A DNA stretch of 64,000 nt from Balanoglossus misakiensis (GCA_040954595.2 CM082591.2:4929009-4993008); one strand, 5' to 3'; shown: positions 39,985 to 53,388, counted from the first letter of the stretch. The notes: generated from the letters alone by a model not told the origin. A program made the numbers and translations.

Positions 39985-42904
39985 ATGGCCGCCTTTCAAG
40001 GTTTCATAGATTTCTGCTACTCCGTTGTCTTACTACTGATTGTCACCATGGTCGGTTGGCGATATCTTCGAGTGAAATCTGTCGAGATTTCCTGGCATCT
40101 GTTGATAATAATCGCGAGCCTGCCATTGTGCTACTGTCTGTTAGACAGCATCGGTGTCCTGGTGTTTGCCGTCATCGGTGTCGTGGTCTACAGGTACCTG
40201 CCTGCCCCGCGTTTGAAGGTTGGTGACAAGGCGGTACTGATAACAGGTGAGGGTCAAATGTTTTAAATTAACCCTGCTGCCGCTTTGAAAACATGGCAAC
40301 GGTTTGGAGCCATGTTGATATATGTAACCTACATGAAGTTTCCAGTCATACTGAGGTTGTAGCCTACATGTACTTGTTGATTTTCAAAGCTACCAGACAC
40401 GGTTAAAAAATACATACTGTTGTAAAATGTGCTGATTTACTCGCAAACCCGCCAGTGTTTTCAAGGAAGTCAGAAGAAAACGAATAATATTATTGCAGTT
40501 TCGTTTTAACTTTGGCGAGCCAGTTTCGCGGAAAAACGAAAATGGCCGACCGTCATCCCATGATACTTGTGAAGTCTGAATCAAACCATATACATGTAGT
40601 GGGTTCTGATTCGTGAAGTCGTTTTGCGAATCATGACACTGTCAAGGCTTACGAAATCAGTGCCACAGTATATCTGACTGAAATTTTAAACAGCAAACAT
40701 TTTATATCATTTGATAATTCTTAGGCAGTGGTTCGTTCTTCTGCATACATGACAGTACTGTTATGACCATGCGTTTCGGAGTATAATGGGGACAGGTCGG
40801 TCCATGACCCATATATATCTGTATAGGCCTACCTGTTGAGTCGTTCAAACCTTTGACCGCTCGTCGGCCCTCATCTACGTCACTGCAACTCCACTGGCAG
40901 TTCTGCGGTTCAGGAGGATTCAAATCACGTCGGAAACGCAATCGGTGTTCACATCCGCCTCATGAGTTTATTTGGTTGGGCCACGTAGACATTAGCATAT
41001 TGATGCATGTTACCCAGGTGTTGAACATTTTCAAAATGGCGAGGACAGAGCCCATACTCTTCGTCGCACTCTATTAACCAATCGGATAGACTTGCTCCAA
41101 CACATGAAAAGTATTGAGAAAATTCATAAAGACTAAAACCACCAAGAGATCCGACTAGTGGGCTACCGACTATTGGCAATATTTCATTTTGCAAATTGTC
41201 TCACGTGTTTTAAACTTTCGCTTCCCAAATTCAGGTTGCGACAGCGGGTTCGGGCATGCTGCGGCCATACACCTGGACCGTCTTGGCTTCCGTGTTTTTG
41301 CCGGGTGTTTGCTCAGTGGCGGCGAAGGCGAACACCGACTGCTGGAAAGTTGCTCCGAGAGACTGACCACGCTGCAGCTGGATGTAACAGACCAGGAGCA
41401 AGTCGACCAGGCTTTTTTGACAATCAGAGAAAGGCTGGACGGGCAAGGTAAGCTTAGCACATGGCGTCATGACAACTCCCTGTTTGTGGTTTAATCAGCT
41501 ACTATCTATACAAAGAACACAGGTGAAATTGAAAACTGCAGCTAGCTGTGTAAAGTGAATGAGTAAAGTGGCCATGAAAATTGCATTGGGAGATCTTACC
41601 TACTGACTGGCTCGGATATTGCGTGGTAAGAATGATGTGAGCGCCGCCACACAGACAAGTAGTTGAAGATATTTGAAGTTACGTGCCCTATCTTGTCATG
41701 TTGTATGTTGATATGTTTTCTTCTAGGTTTGTGGGGATTGGTGAATAATGCTGGAATATATGCACTTGGTAACATCGAACTGATGCCGCTACGTACATAC
41801 GAATGTCTCTGGAATGTCAACTGCCTCGGTATGATCCGAATGACCAAGAGATTCCTACCGCTGATTCGTAGAGAGAGGGGTCGCATTGTTAACATCAGCA
41901 GCATCGCAGGTGGGTGTTGATTGTTAGAGTAGACTATAGACCAGTCTAGACTAGATTAGAGTAGACTAGACTAGACTAGACTAGACTACAGTAGACAAGA
42001 CTAGACTAGACTACAGTAGACTAGACTAGATTAGATTAGATAAGACTAGACTACAGTGAACTAGATTAGACTAGAATAGACTAGATCTAGACTAGATTAG
42101 ACCCCACCCCACCCCACCCCACCCCACCCCACCCAATCATTTCGTCAGTTAACCTGTGTTGGCTTTACTCACGATTGTCTTGACTTGCTGCCGTTTATAT
42201 TTGTGATTTTTGCCTTAAAATGAATTTTCTTTCAGGGCGAGGACCCCTGTTGGCACGAAGTGCCTACTGTATGTCGAAAGCCGCCGTGGAAATGATGTCT
42301 GACATCTTGAGACAAGAAATGAGACAGTTTGGCGTCAGAGTCAGTATATTGGAACCTATTGCTTTTCAAACCGGTAAGTGACTCGTGCAGTGAGACAAAA
42401 GGGATTCAGGGAAAGTAGAGAAATATTCCCGAGATCTCGCAATGATGAGATGTTAACACTTCCAAAACTCTTTACTGCATATTTGAAACCATTATTTATA
42501 ATAAGCGTCTTGTACGATTTACCTTATATGTATTTTTACTACCATTAGATGTAGCTGATAAACTCAAGATGCGGAGAATGTTCAAAGAAGTAACGGACAA
42601 CCTGAGTGAAGATGTCAAAGCAGACTTCGATGTCGAAGACTACGCCAGGACATTTCAAGAGACAATCGACAACGACCTCGTCATTCCCAAGAAGTACGCG
42701 GCCGGAGACCTCGGCCCCGTTGTCGAGGGAATCACCGACGCCCTGCTGTCTCGTCACCCGCGTTGTCGCTACATGATCGGCCGGGGGGCGCTGCTCTTCA
42801 CGTTGGTGGCCAGTTTCATGCCGTCGCACGTGTACGATTTTCTGATGTGCTCCCTGTCACCGAAGTGGCTATTCATAAAGCCCAGGCCGGGAACGGCCAA
42901 TTAA
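39985..42904 (+). CDS. Short-chain dehydrogenase/reductase, SDR9C-type, copy 2 (~383 aa)
   Basis: Exons 39985-40246, 41235-41447, 41727-41909, 42236-42373, 42549-42904. Internal exon sizes (213/183/138) equal copy 1; motifs TGCDSGFG, NNAG, YCMSK. Confidence 0.93.
41925..42134. repeat. (ACTAG)n followed by (CCCCA)n pentanucleotide microsatellites
   Basis: Directly visible in SDR2 intron 3. Confidence 0.95.
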
Positions 42905-42960
42905 CCCTGATACAACCATGGTTTGGTCCAAATCTATCGTTTTCTATGGCTAAACGGGAT
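42901..42960 (-). mobile_element. Partial piggyBac-like MITE starting at the SDR2 stop codon
   Basis: TTAA-CCCTG..accatggtttggtccaaatctatcgttttctatgg matches the reverse complement of the 4151 and 27565 copies. Confidence 0.65.
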
Positions 42961-45479
42961 TAGTTGTTAAGTCTCTGGGGATATGCAAATGCCGAATATA
43001 GCCTCTGCAGAGGGCGTGATTTAATAAACGCATGCAGCTAAATGAATTTCCCCGTCTCATTAAAAACCACTGGCATCAATAACTGTGGCACTTTCCGAAA
43101 TCAAGGTTTTAGGGCCTACTTTTTAGTTTGGTATACTGTCAAAACGTGTCACTACTGAAGTATGTCGGTTTGCGACTGTTACCAACATGAAATAAAGTTA
43201 AAAGCGTTTCTAGATAATGTAATAATGATTTAATATGCTAAATGTGATTCGGGAGTAACCACATTGTAAATTTCTTAATTAGGGAAGATTTCACTCACCG
43301 AATGGAAACAATTTTCAATAACGTAATTGTTGGTTGATCTTTCAATGATTCAATGTGAATACAATTCCATGTTCCAACAATTACACTCTGCAGATTGAAA
43401 CGCAATTACTATGTTTGTAGGCGGTGGTGATCGATCGCGTGAGATGTCTTGGAAGGGAAATTGAGCTTCAGGCAAGAGATGCCTGTAAAATGTGGTTGCA
43501 TCAATCTGTAATCGAAGCCTCGATACTGAAACTTTCAATCGATCATCTTCACGTGTGTGGGGGTCACCTTGTGTATCGATGACAGTCGAAGAAGCCAACG
43601 GGAAACTAGGTCCACAGGTGTCCGCGAATTAATGAGGACATCCAACGGCCTACAGTATACTACCTTTGACTAGGTTCACTGGGCTTCGATACATACATGT
43701 ATTAAACCATGCAGTACGTCAAAGGTTCACTAAGGAAGATAATAACGCAATTTCCAGTCCACGTTTATATCATATCTCTAGTTATAAATAAAGTTGGGCA
43801 ATTAAAAAGATGCCGTGTTTGTGAAGATTCTTATTTATCGAACGTCGTTTGCGTATCTTGGACAACCATTTTTTTTCACCAGAAAAAAAACCTGTCCTTT
43901 TGACATTTTCCGCTAGCCTGCCTTGTGTATAAGTGGACATAGGGTGCATGGTAACGTGACTGTGACGCAAACGGATGGTTTAAAACAATATGTGCGACAC
44001 GACAGCAAGAGCTTTCCCCCTGAGGGGGTTGGTACCAACAAAAACCGTCACAGCGGTGAATGATTAAATGCCAACGAGTACATTAACTACTGCTTTTGTC
44101 TGTCCGATATGTGTCATCGAAAGCTCCCTCACAAATCAACCTTAATTAATTCCAAATTTATTAAACTGACGTTAAATTGCCAATGAAAAGGTCCATTATC
44201 CTTTGTCGTCAGAATGCGCCGTACATTAATAAGAAAAATCACGGTATTTTCTCCTAATGGATGTTGGTGTTGAATTGATGTCATCTCCCAGTAGAAGGAA
44301 GGAGTCATCGTGTTATATTTATTCTCACTGTGTATTTCTCCACATCTGTTTTTGTTGACCGGACGTAAATCTATTTTTAAATGTATTAACTATGCTTTAT
44401 GACAAGTCAAACATGTCTTGGCGAAATACAGTTCAACAGCAATATTTGCCGTGAGAATTAAATCCTATAGGGTTGACAAATAGAAATCGATATCGTTGAA
44501 ATAAAACCTTATTTAAAAGCGAAATGGTCGTTTGTACCGCCCATGCGCCACTTTTCTGTTTGTAAACAACCCATCCGCATTGTTGTAGCTGTTCAGGTTG
44601 AGCGTGCGACCAATAGATGTTGTATCAAAATAGATTTGAAAATGAGATAAAAAGTAGCGAGGTATTGTTTACAATTATGATACAAGGTAAAAGTAACATT
44701 GTTACCAATGCTGTACATTGTAGCAGTTACACTTTTCGCCCACGTTGAATATGTGTGGTATTTCAAGACCCTATATGGACACAACAAGAATCAGTCATCG
44801 ATAAACAAGACAAAATCGCGAAAGGCTTTGCAAAGTTACACTTTTTATCCTTATTATAAATGAGGAAATAACACATTTATTAGCGGAAATTGTAATATAC
44901 GTATCTAATGTATCATTTTGGTAAATTGCCCCTTTTATTTATACTTGGCCAGTAATGACTCCACGCGTGGTTCGGAAAATTACTCTGAGTACAAGTGACC
45001 TTATTTTTCGGCGCGGATTTCAATATTGGAAAGGAAATTCATCTTGTAGGAACCCGTTCTCAAGGTTACAGCGAGATAATTGAAAACAAACTTAAGTTTG
45101 TTGTAAGTAGATTAATGCGTTTTCAGCATAGATTTCGTTTGATGAATAAGCACCTTTGAAATGATTTTATGATTCTACGTTTTATGATGTCGGCCTTCAA
45201 GGCATGTATAAATAATAAATAATTGTTCAGTGGACAAAACCGCATCTTCTTTCAAAAGAATACTATCGCGCTACATTTGCCGTAGCTTGAAGTTGTTTTT
45301 TCATTGCCAGGGCAACTAAGTCCGTGTTTACGGCAATTTGATGCGTTAATTTAGATTAAGAGAGTTTCATATTAATTATGTCGTTAGTGATTGACAGTTT
45401 CGTGACAAAAGTGACGTGTCATTAGCATACAGTCTTGGCGACTCAGCAGAGAGCTGGTTATGTTGAGCAGTGTGACAAA

Positions 45480-48400
45480 ATGAACGAGTGGGTCGACAGC
45501 GAACAGAAGGCATCCTTCGCGGCCGTCTTCGCCAAGCTGCTGGCGAACTCCTCGTCCCACGGCCTGCCGAACATCCAGCGCTCCAAGCACCCCGTAGGGA
45601 AGCTGTTCTGGGCGCTGCTCTTCCTCGCCGGTGTCGGCGTTCTCTGCTGGCAGGTGACCATGCTGGCCGCCACGTTCAAGGACCGGGACGTGGTGGTGCA
45701 GCTGAAGATGGAGTTCAACAACTCCATCGACTTCCCCGTGGTCACCATCTGCAACATCAACGCCGTGCGCCTGGACGCTCTCTACGGAGACATCGACATG
45801 GCCCTTGAGCTGCTCGGCCCGGACAGTTCCTACTACAAAGCACTGAGACGCGCATACGACCGACAACAAGAAGGCGGTGGCGGTGGTGGTGGTGGTGGTG
45901 GTAGCAACCACCAATCAGGCGAAGACTCGCTTGAGAGTTCTGATTTTAGTTATTCATACTCGGAACCCCCACCACCTCCACCGGAGGGTGAACCTACCCA
46001 AAACCCACCACCACCACCACCACCAACACCGCCGGAAGGTGGGCCTACCCAGGGAGAAGAATCTGTTCCCGAAACAGACTCACCCCTTTCGGAGCAGGAA
46101 TCATTATCTCACTCAGAGGACTATACCCCTTCTTTTGACTCCAGCTCCTTCGACTATCAGACCTTATTGTCCGATCCAAGCGGAACTACTCCTTCAACCG
46201 GACAACCCGCTCATTCTGCGGGTACTTCGAAACCAACAAGCCCATCTCCCGAAGAGATGCTGCCGTCTACCACGTGGAATCCTAACGACTTCATGGCGAA
46301 CAATTTCACAAACTCAACGAACGCAACTTCATATGTGAGTAATGTTCACATTATGTTCATTATAAAATGTGTCAAATAATATCACTCACATTATAGTCCT
46401 CAAATTTTTCATCACTATACTACTTCCTATCGTCAACTTCTGTTAACCTCGCGCCGCTTACTATGTCCTAGTCTGTCTGTCTGCCTGCTTGCCTGGCTGT
46501 CTGTCTGTCTGTCAAAAATAACTTTCAGCATTTACTGTGCTTGGTACTGAGTCCCAGGCGGTAACTTGATATGAGAAGTATTAAATCATTAAATATATAT
46601 TTCTTTCCTTTTCATAATAGTTTGATTGGGATAGTAATATGGACGACGGAGACTATTATGGACAGCTCGATGGGGGATACGAACTGCAACAACTACTGCG
46701 CCACGCGATGGCAATGAAGAACTCGACTGAAAGGGAAGCAATGGGTCATGACATCAGAGACATGTTGGTTGATTGTGTTTGGATGGGCTATCCTTGCTCA
46801 CCAAGGTGAATTTTAAAAATATCTATTTATCTATCTATCTATCTGTCTGTCTGTCTGTCTGACTACCTACATACCCATACCAACATACCTACAGAAATTC
46901 AACAATAGATATAATCTATTATTGTAAGGATATGTGTCCCAATGGCGAAATCATGCAGTTACAGCTAAGAAAATCTCTTTCGCTCTCCTTCTGTAGAAAT
47001 TTTACCCGAGTGCCGAATGCTGTCTATGGGAATTGCTATATGTTTCATAATGAACGCTTCGATAAACCTTTGAAGACGAACAGGCCAGGCGCAACCTATG
47101 GTGAGTTGCAAAATACAGAATGAGCCTCTTGAACTGCAATGTATATTTTATGTTCTGAGTACGAGTTACATTTTTGTCTTCTACTTCTGTCATATCTATA
47201 CTTCATCTGAAATGACTGTCGCATTCTTCTGGTTGTTAACATTGCTTTTTCGTGTGTATAACCAAATATTGTGAACAACATGTCCGGACAAAGAACTCAA
47301 TGTTGAATAGCATAATTAATCCATTTACTTGTATGGTCCACGAGTCCAGGATAATTAAAATAATTTCAGGGTGCGTTTTTGAACCCGCCAGCAAAATATT
47401 TTAGCCGGTGAACGGAATAAGAAATACGCGGAAAAATAAACCAAATGTTGCAGCTTCAATTTGGCAGACTGTGAGCTGAAATCTGAAACTGATGATTTAG
47501 TTACCAGGAACATATCAAATGATTCAAAATTTAATCGGACTGTTGAAGTGGAAAACAAACGTGGATCAAATAACACAGAAAACTATCTACTTTTACCTGT
47601 CGATTCGAAACCTTTCAGAAGTGACTAAACGCGGAAGTAGAATAAAATGATTCATGAGAGAATTTAATATAATGAATACGACGAAAGCACGCAAGCGTGG
47701 GGAAACGAATAAAGAGCAAATAATGCACCACTAGTATCTGTCATTGCTTCCCGTTTAAAAGATATATGACCTCTTAAAACCAACTTGCAATTTTCCTGTA
47801 CCTAGGGCTGACATTGGAACTGTTTGTCGACCAAGACAACTACGTGCCGGAAGTCACAGAGACTGCTGGGATACGCGTGGTCATCCATCCGCAAAAAATG
47901 GTTCCTTTCCCAGAGGATAATGGTATTTCTGTGTCGCCTGGTTACTCGACCGAAATTGGGCTGCGATTGGTTAGTACATGTACAGATCACTTTATAGGTA
48001 TCTCTAGGCCAGCCAATAGTTGGAATCGTCTCTTACAAAGATTAAAAGGGACGGGTCGTCTGATATGCATATGGGCAACTTTCCTGTTTATAAACGCACC
48101 ATCGACATTTTTGCCACTGTTCGATTAGATCCTTCAACCAATGCCATTTACATCAAAGTAATTTGGAAATGTGATAAAAAGTAACAACTCATTTTTTGCC
48201 ACGATGTACAGTGTAACACAAAGTAACAAACATATTGTTTGCTGTGATGGACATTGTAGCAGTTGCACTACAGTGCAATACAAAGTAACAACTATATTGT
48301 TTGCAGTGATGTACATTGTAGCAGTTGCACTACAGTGCAATACAGAGTAACAACCACATTGTTTGCAATGATGTACATTGTAGCAATTACTCTATGCGTC

Positions 48401-51214
48401 TACTCTGACTTGTTAGTAACTGGCGTCACACTGGAGCCAACCCCGCATCCGGAGACGGGATGATACCCCCCTCTAAAGTAGTGCCGTAGTACATATTGCC
48501 TGGCTGTCTGAGGCGACGCTAACATGAGTTGTGAACACCGAATACGCCGCGTAATATACAATGTACGTCATCGCAATCGATGTCGTGGAGTTAAACCAGT
48601 CACATGACACTATAAAAGACCGGGCAATTTCCTTGCAACTAAAACAGCACATTTTTATGACAAGTTTTTCCACAGTTCAGTTGTGGTTACGTCGCTCCAT
48701 CGCTAATCATGTTATGACTGTGAATATCGATTGAATACTTGGGGGAATTATATATCTCCTGTAAAAACATGCGATAAAATAAATACACCGAAAATCAATT
48801 CAAATACTGCATTGTCTGTGCCAATATACAAGAATTTACCTTTAGGCTTATCATCCAGCAAAATGCACAAAAACCCACTATGCCAATCTAACACTAAAAC
48901 GTGTGAATTTTTTAAACTCTGACTCGAGCTATGGTCGTTTATCACACAGGTCACAGTTGAGCGACAAGGATCTCCATATGGCACTTGCGTTGACATAAAC
49001 AATCTCCCGGACAGATACTACCAACACAATATCTATATGAAGAGGTTTAATGTCAGCTATTCCGTTGATGTGAGAATGGTTATATTTAGGAAATGAATGA
49101 ATGAATGAATGAATAAATTAAGCTAATAAACCAAGCTAATTAATTAATCGCATATTATTAAGCTATTTAATTGAAATGAATGAAAAAATTAGTTAGTCTG
49201 CTAACTAACGCACTAACACATTCATTCATTCATTCATTCATTCATTCATTCATTCATTCATTCATTCATTCATTCATTCATTCATTCATTCATTCATTCA
49301 TTCATACATTCATTCATTCGTGTATTCAATTTGTCCAATTCATGCTTATTTCTAACCGAAAAAATACGAGTTTGTTGACTTCAAACTGAAGTTGAAAAAG
49401 ACAATTTGAAAGCAAGCGTTTGAATTACTTAACGTTTTCCTAGTTTTCTGATAATCATAGATGACTATTGGTATGTAATAATCACTTGACTTGGTATGAA
49501 TGATTGATTAATTTCAGTCGTGCGAAAAGAGTTGTTACCAAGACACGTTGATCAAGAATTGCAGTTGCTTCAACGCCGACTATCCACCGACAGAAGAAGG
49601 AGAAGACATAGGAACCCACCCTTGTGATATTCTCGAGAACATTATGGGTAAAGGGAAAAATCACTGCATTATTTTGAAATATTCTGCCTTAAAACTTACA
49701 ACTTCAGATGTACTTGCGAGTACAAGTAATGGTTTCATGCAAACTGCATCACAATGTCTGCCTGATTTAATTGTACATTGCTTGTTTCACTTACAGAGAG
49801 GGATTGTATGGCGTATGTGAGTTCGTTATTTCTGTCGAATAAACTGAACTGTGACTGCCCTCAACCTTGCCAGTAAGTACATGGTAGAGGCTAATTAATT
49901 TAGGCTAAAAATTAGTGTAGTGTAGTGTAGTGTAGTGTAGTATAGTCATACAACAATAACCGAACTTCCTGCAGTATGCACATCACAACACTATAACTTC
50001 TTGAGAGACAATGTATGTGAACTATTTGATAACTGAGCTTAGATGTAAATTGTAACAATTTTCACTTTTCTGTTTAGGGAGAAGTCATACTTGAAATCCA
50101 TGAGTTTTTCAAAATGGCCGGCTCAAAATTATCAGGTTAGTGTCATTATAGTGTGTATTACAAATGTGTAGTGTGGCAGAGTCGAGCACTTATCATTGAA
50201 CGACATACTGGTTCCTGTTGAAATAGTACAAGAGACGTATTTGATGCCAATCACACCGGGACTATGTCATTGACAATGATTTGGTAAATAAATTTAAAGG
50301 TAATTGAAATCGAAAAATTACAGTTTTTATACAAACGTAGTTCTTAATTTTCATAGAACAAACTGGAAAGAAAAATTGATCAACGACTTCCCAGAAAGAA
50401 AAAAGACAAAGATTTGAAAGGCTGGACAAAGTAAGTATTGCATCGCATCGCATCGCATCGCATCGTATTGTATTTGTGTTGTATTGAACTATACTGTTCT
50501 GTATTATTCTGTATTATACTGATGCCTGATTTTGAGGGACAGTAGTAAAGATGCTGTATTTTTTTAACGAAATTCAATATCTTTGTCAGTCACCATAGTA
50601 ATAGTAATCAATATTGCTATTGTGATGTCATAGCTACAACAAATGCAAATATACATTAAAACGCAAAAAGACGAGAAGCGTACTACGAGAAACACACATG
50701 ATGATTAATTATACTTTTCATCTAATGACATCGGTTCTTTCCAGGAATAACATCGTAAGACTGCAAATATATTTCGAAGAGTTGAATTATCAGTTTATCA
50801 AAGAGAACCCGGCGTACACGGTGAGTTTTAACTAATGATGTATAGAAATGTTCTGACTCTACTGTACTCAAAGTCAAGTGCCTGTTCCTTATAATGTCGC
50901 CTTGAAATTCAGTCCTTATACATTTAATATTACACAGATTGATATCTGTAGTTTATGCCCAAATTTTGTTAAATTTTTGCACATATTTTTGTCTCCAGGA
51001 ATTCGACCTGTGCAGCGACATTGGTGGCCAGCTGGGACTTTGGATCGGCGTTTCCATGATCACGGTCTTTGAGGTTTTTGAATTCCTGGCGTCTGTCCTC
51101 ACTCTCATGACGAGGAAGATTTTCAGCAGCGGGGCCCTGATGCCCGTCAGGAGTGTCACCCCCATCCAGAAGATCAGGCTAAGTGAAATTGACGGCCCAG
51201 TGCCATTTGACTAA
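45480..51214 (+). CDS. DEG/ENaC (amiloride-sensitive sodium channel family) subunit, ~685 aa
   Basis: Exons 45480-46334 (SSHGL, TM1, FPVVTICNIN), 46621-46805, 46997-47100 (YGNCYMF), 47806-47969 (GLTLEL, GIRVVIH), 48950-49069, 49518-49647, 49797-49872 (CDCPQPC), 50078-50135, 50357-50430, 50745-50820, 50999-51214 (SDIGGQLGLWIGVS TM2). Total 2058 nt in frame. Confidence 0.94.
48134..48390. repeat. Dispersed repeat with ~60-bp tandem units (inverted relative to 28885-29090)
   Basis: Repeated atgtacattgtagcagttgcactacagtgcaataca..gtaacaa units. Confidence 0.75.
49219..49319. repeat. (ATTC)n microsatellite
   Basis: Directly visible; a complementary (GAAT)n run lies at ~49093-49112. Confidence 0.95.
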
Positions 51215-53018
51215 AAACTCTTTAGAACTGAAGTCATGTACGTATTATTCACGGTGGCATCTTGTGCTCCAACTCCCCACATGACAATCGAAAATCTGTC
51301 AACAACTCATGGTGTCTCATGAGTGCTGTAGGCTCGCTTCTTGTACAATAGGCTTTGGATATTGTCACTTATGCTATTTACGTTCTGAATGGAGTATGAC
51401 AGTTATTTGTGATGAATGACAGGGAAATCAAAACACATGCATTAACGATGACGTGAACTAATATGAACGCCTCTTTAAATAGCGAAATGCAATTGTATTA
51501 GATAGTCAAACATTTGAGTTTCACCACGTTAATTAAATTGTTTCGTGTAAATTTGATCTTGTCAAAAGACAATTGAGTTACGTGTATTCAAAATTTTGTA
51601 ATTCATAGGAAAGTAACGCAGTATTATACTTCAAAGTATGTAGCACTGACTGCGTTTGGTCACAGCTCCCTCTATAGTCAATAATGTGAAACGCAACATC
51701 TGGACGGAGACAACAAACTAGTCACATTATTTTCACCGAGTGGTGGCGCTTTTATCCACTGATCAACAGGTGTTTATGGGCGTACATGTATATACGCACG
51801 GTTACTCTTTCTAGTAACCGTGATATACGTTAGCATCGCCCAAGTTGTGATCGGTCATGGCCAATGTCTGTGGCAGACCTTTCATGATTTAAGGTGAGTC
51901 AGGCCATGGGATTACAACAGGCGAGACGCCCATGGTCAAACCTAATGGCCGGAACATTCTTGGCGTTGAAACAAAAACGAGATGTTCACCAAAGTCCAAG
52001 TAACTGACGTACAAGTGTTTACCATTCCCACGACGTTGATTCGTCAAGATGTGTTGTATATATTGAAATTAAACAAACTTGATAAGTAAAAACATCTTCT
52101 ATAATTTCTTCCCTTTATATCAGCATTACCCGCTAAACCATAAATGGATATGTCCTTTTGTAGTTTTCAAGGACCTCAGGATCTGACCCAGGTATCGGAT
52201 CCGTCGTTAAAAAAGAAATAATGTAAACAAATACGCTCAATAGTTTATAATTAAACAGCTATGGGTTGATGTCAAACAATTGCTATGTTTACTGACTGAT
52301 AATACAGACGAGATATTTGTACATTTTCTTAAAATTTGTGAGAATTTACCAACAAGACCGTCATGAAGAAAACACAAAATGGTATTGAGACTTGAGCCGG
52401 AGTTCACTGTCACAGTGGGATCTCACTCATAAAACGTTCATATTGCAACGCCTGATCGCTGCTTGGATATGTGTTTGCAATATGATTGGCATATAGCCCT
52501 GGAGCATCCGTCTAATTAAAGTATAATTGTTACTTAGCACCTACTGAGATACCACTCGCTGCCATTTGCGAAGGTCAGTCCGGAAACAATAGTTGTCAAG
52601 CCTACATGGAAGAAATTGTGAGTCGACGTTTCCTCAAATTGCCAAAAAATGAAGTCATCAAAACAATAAAGTCTTAACAAGTTCGTGGAAATATATTAAG
52701 GTTTTCCAAATGGCAAGTCAACTGATTCATTGCGTGCAAAGTTGCTCTCTGTGTCATTCGTATAGCAATATGGAAGTTTTGAAAATATGCAAAGAAGAGT
52801 ACAGTCTTCCAGTGGTCACAGTGACTTTGTTTGAATTAATTTGATCATAAAAGTCAACATGATGTAACTGGTTACCGTACTCCCGCATGTTGTTTACACG
52901 ATTTACACACGATTGTTTGCATATCAGATCAAAAGGCAGATCCGTGTTTACATTCGACGAGCAAGTTCCTCACTGACACCTGCCTATGGGTTTTCAAGAT
53001 GGCCGCCACTTTAAACCG

Positions 53019-53388
53019 TTACAATGAACACGGTTTGAGCCGGACAGAAGGAATGTGCTGACCATCGAATGTTGTATGAACGCAGTCAAAAGGAGACAAT
53101 GCGTCTGCATTTCCCATTCAAGACGAAAATGAAAAGCCACCTGTCGTCTAGACCGCAATGAATACTTCAGTGAAAACAATGTATCAACCTGAACAAAACG
53201 CAACAAATTTCTTCCCTGGTGGCAACACATGTCTTTGTTAGACTTGCAACAAATTATACAATAATTGTTTCTTTTCAACTGAGACTGGCAACAATTTATA
53301 CAATCTCTTTGTTTCTTATCAACCGGACTGATGAAAAATCAATGGTCAGCACATTCCTTCTATGCAGCCCAATCCGGTTTCATTGTAA
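53019..53388. mobile_element. Foldback/MITE-like element with ~50-bp imperfect inverted repeats
   Basis: ttacaatgaa..agaaggaatgtgctgaccat (53019-53067) versus atggtcagcacattccttct..ttcattgtaa (53340-53388). Confidence 0.65.

Noticed and set aside
45384-45914. 176-aa antisense ORF and other overlapping ORFs
   Set aside because: They are shadows of the GC3-rich DEG/ENaC exon and show no independent protein features.
49180-49389. ORF with HSFI repeats (also the VCMY ORF at 61706-61891)
   Set aside because: Translations of microsatellites.
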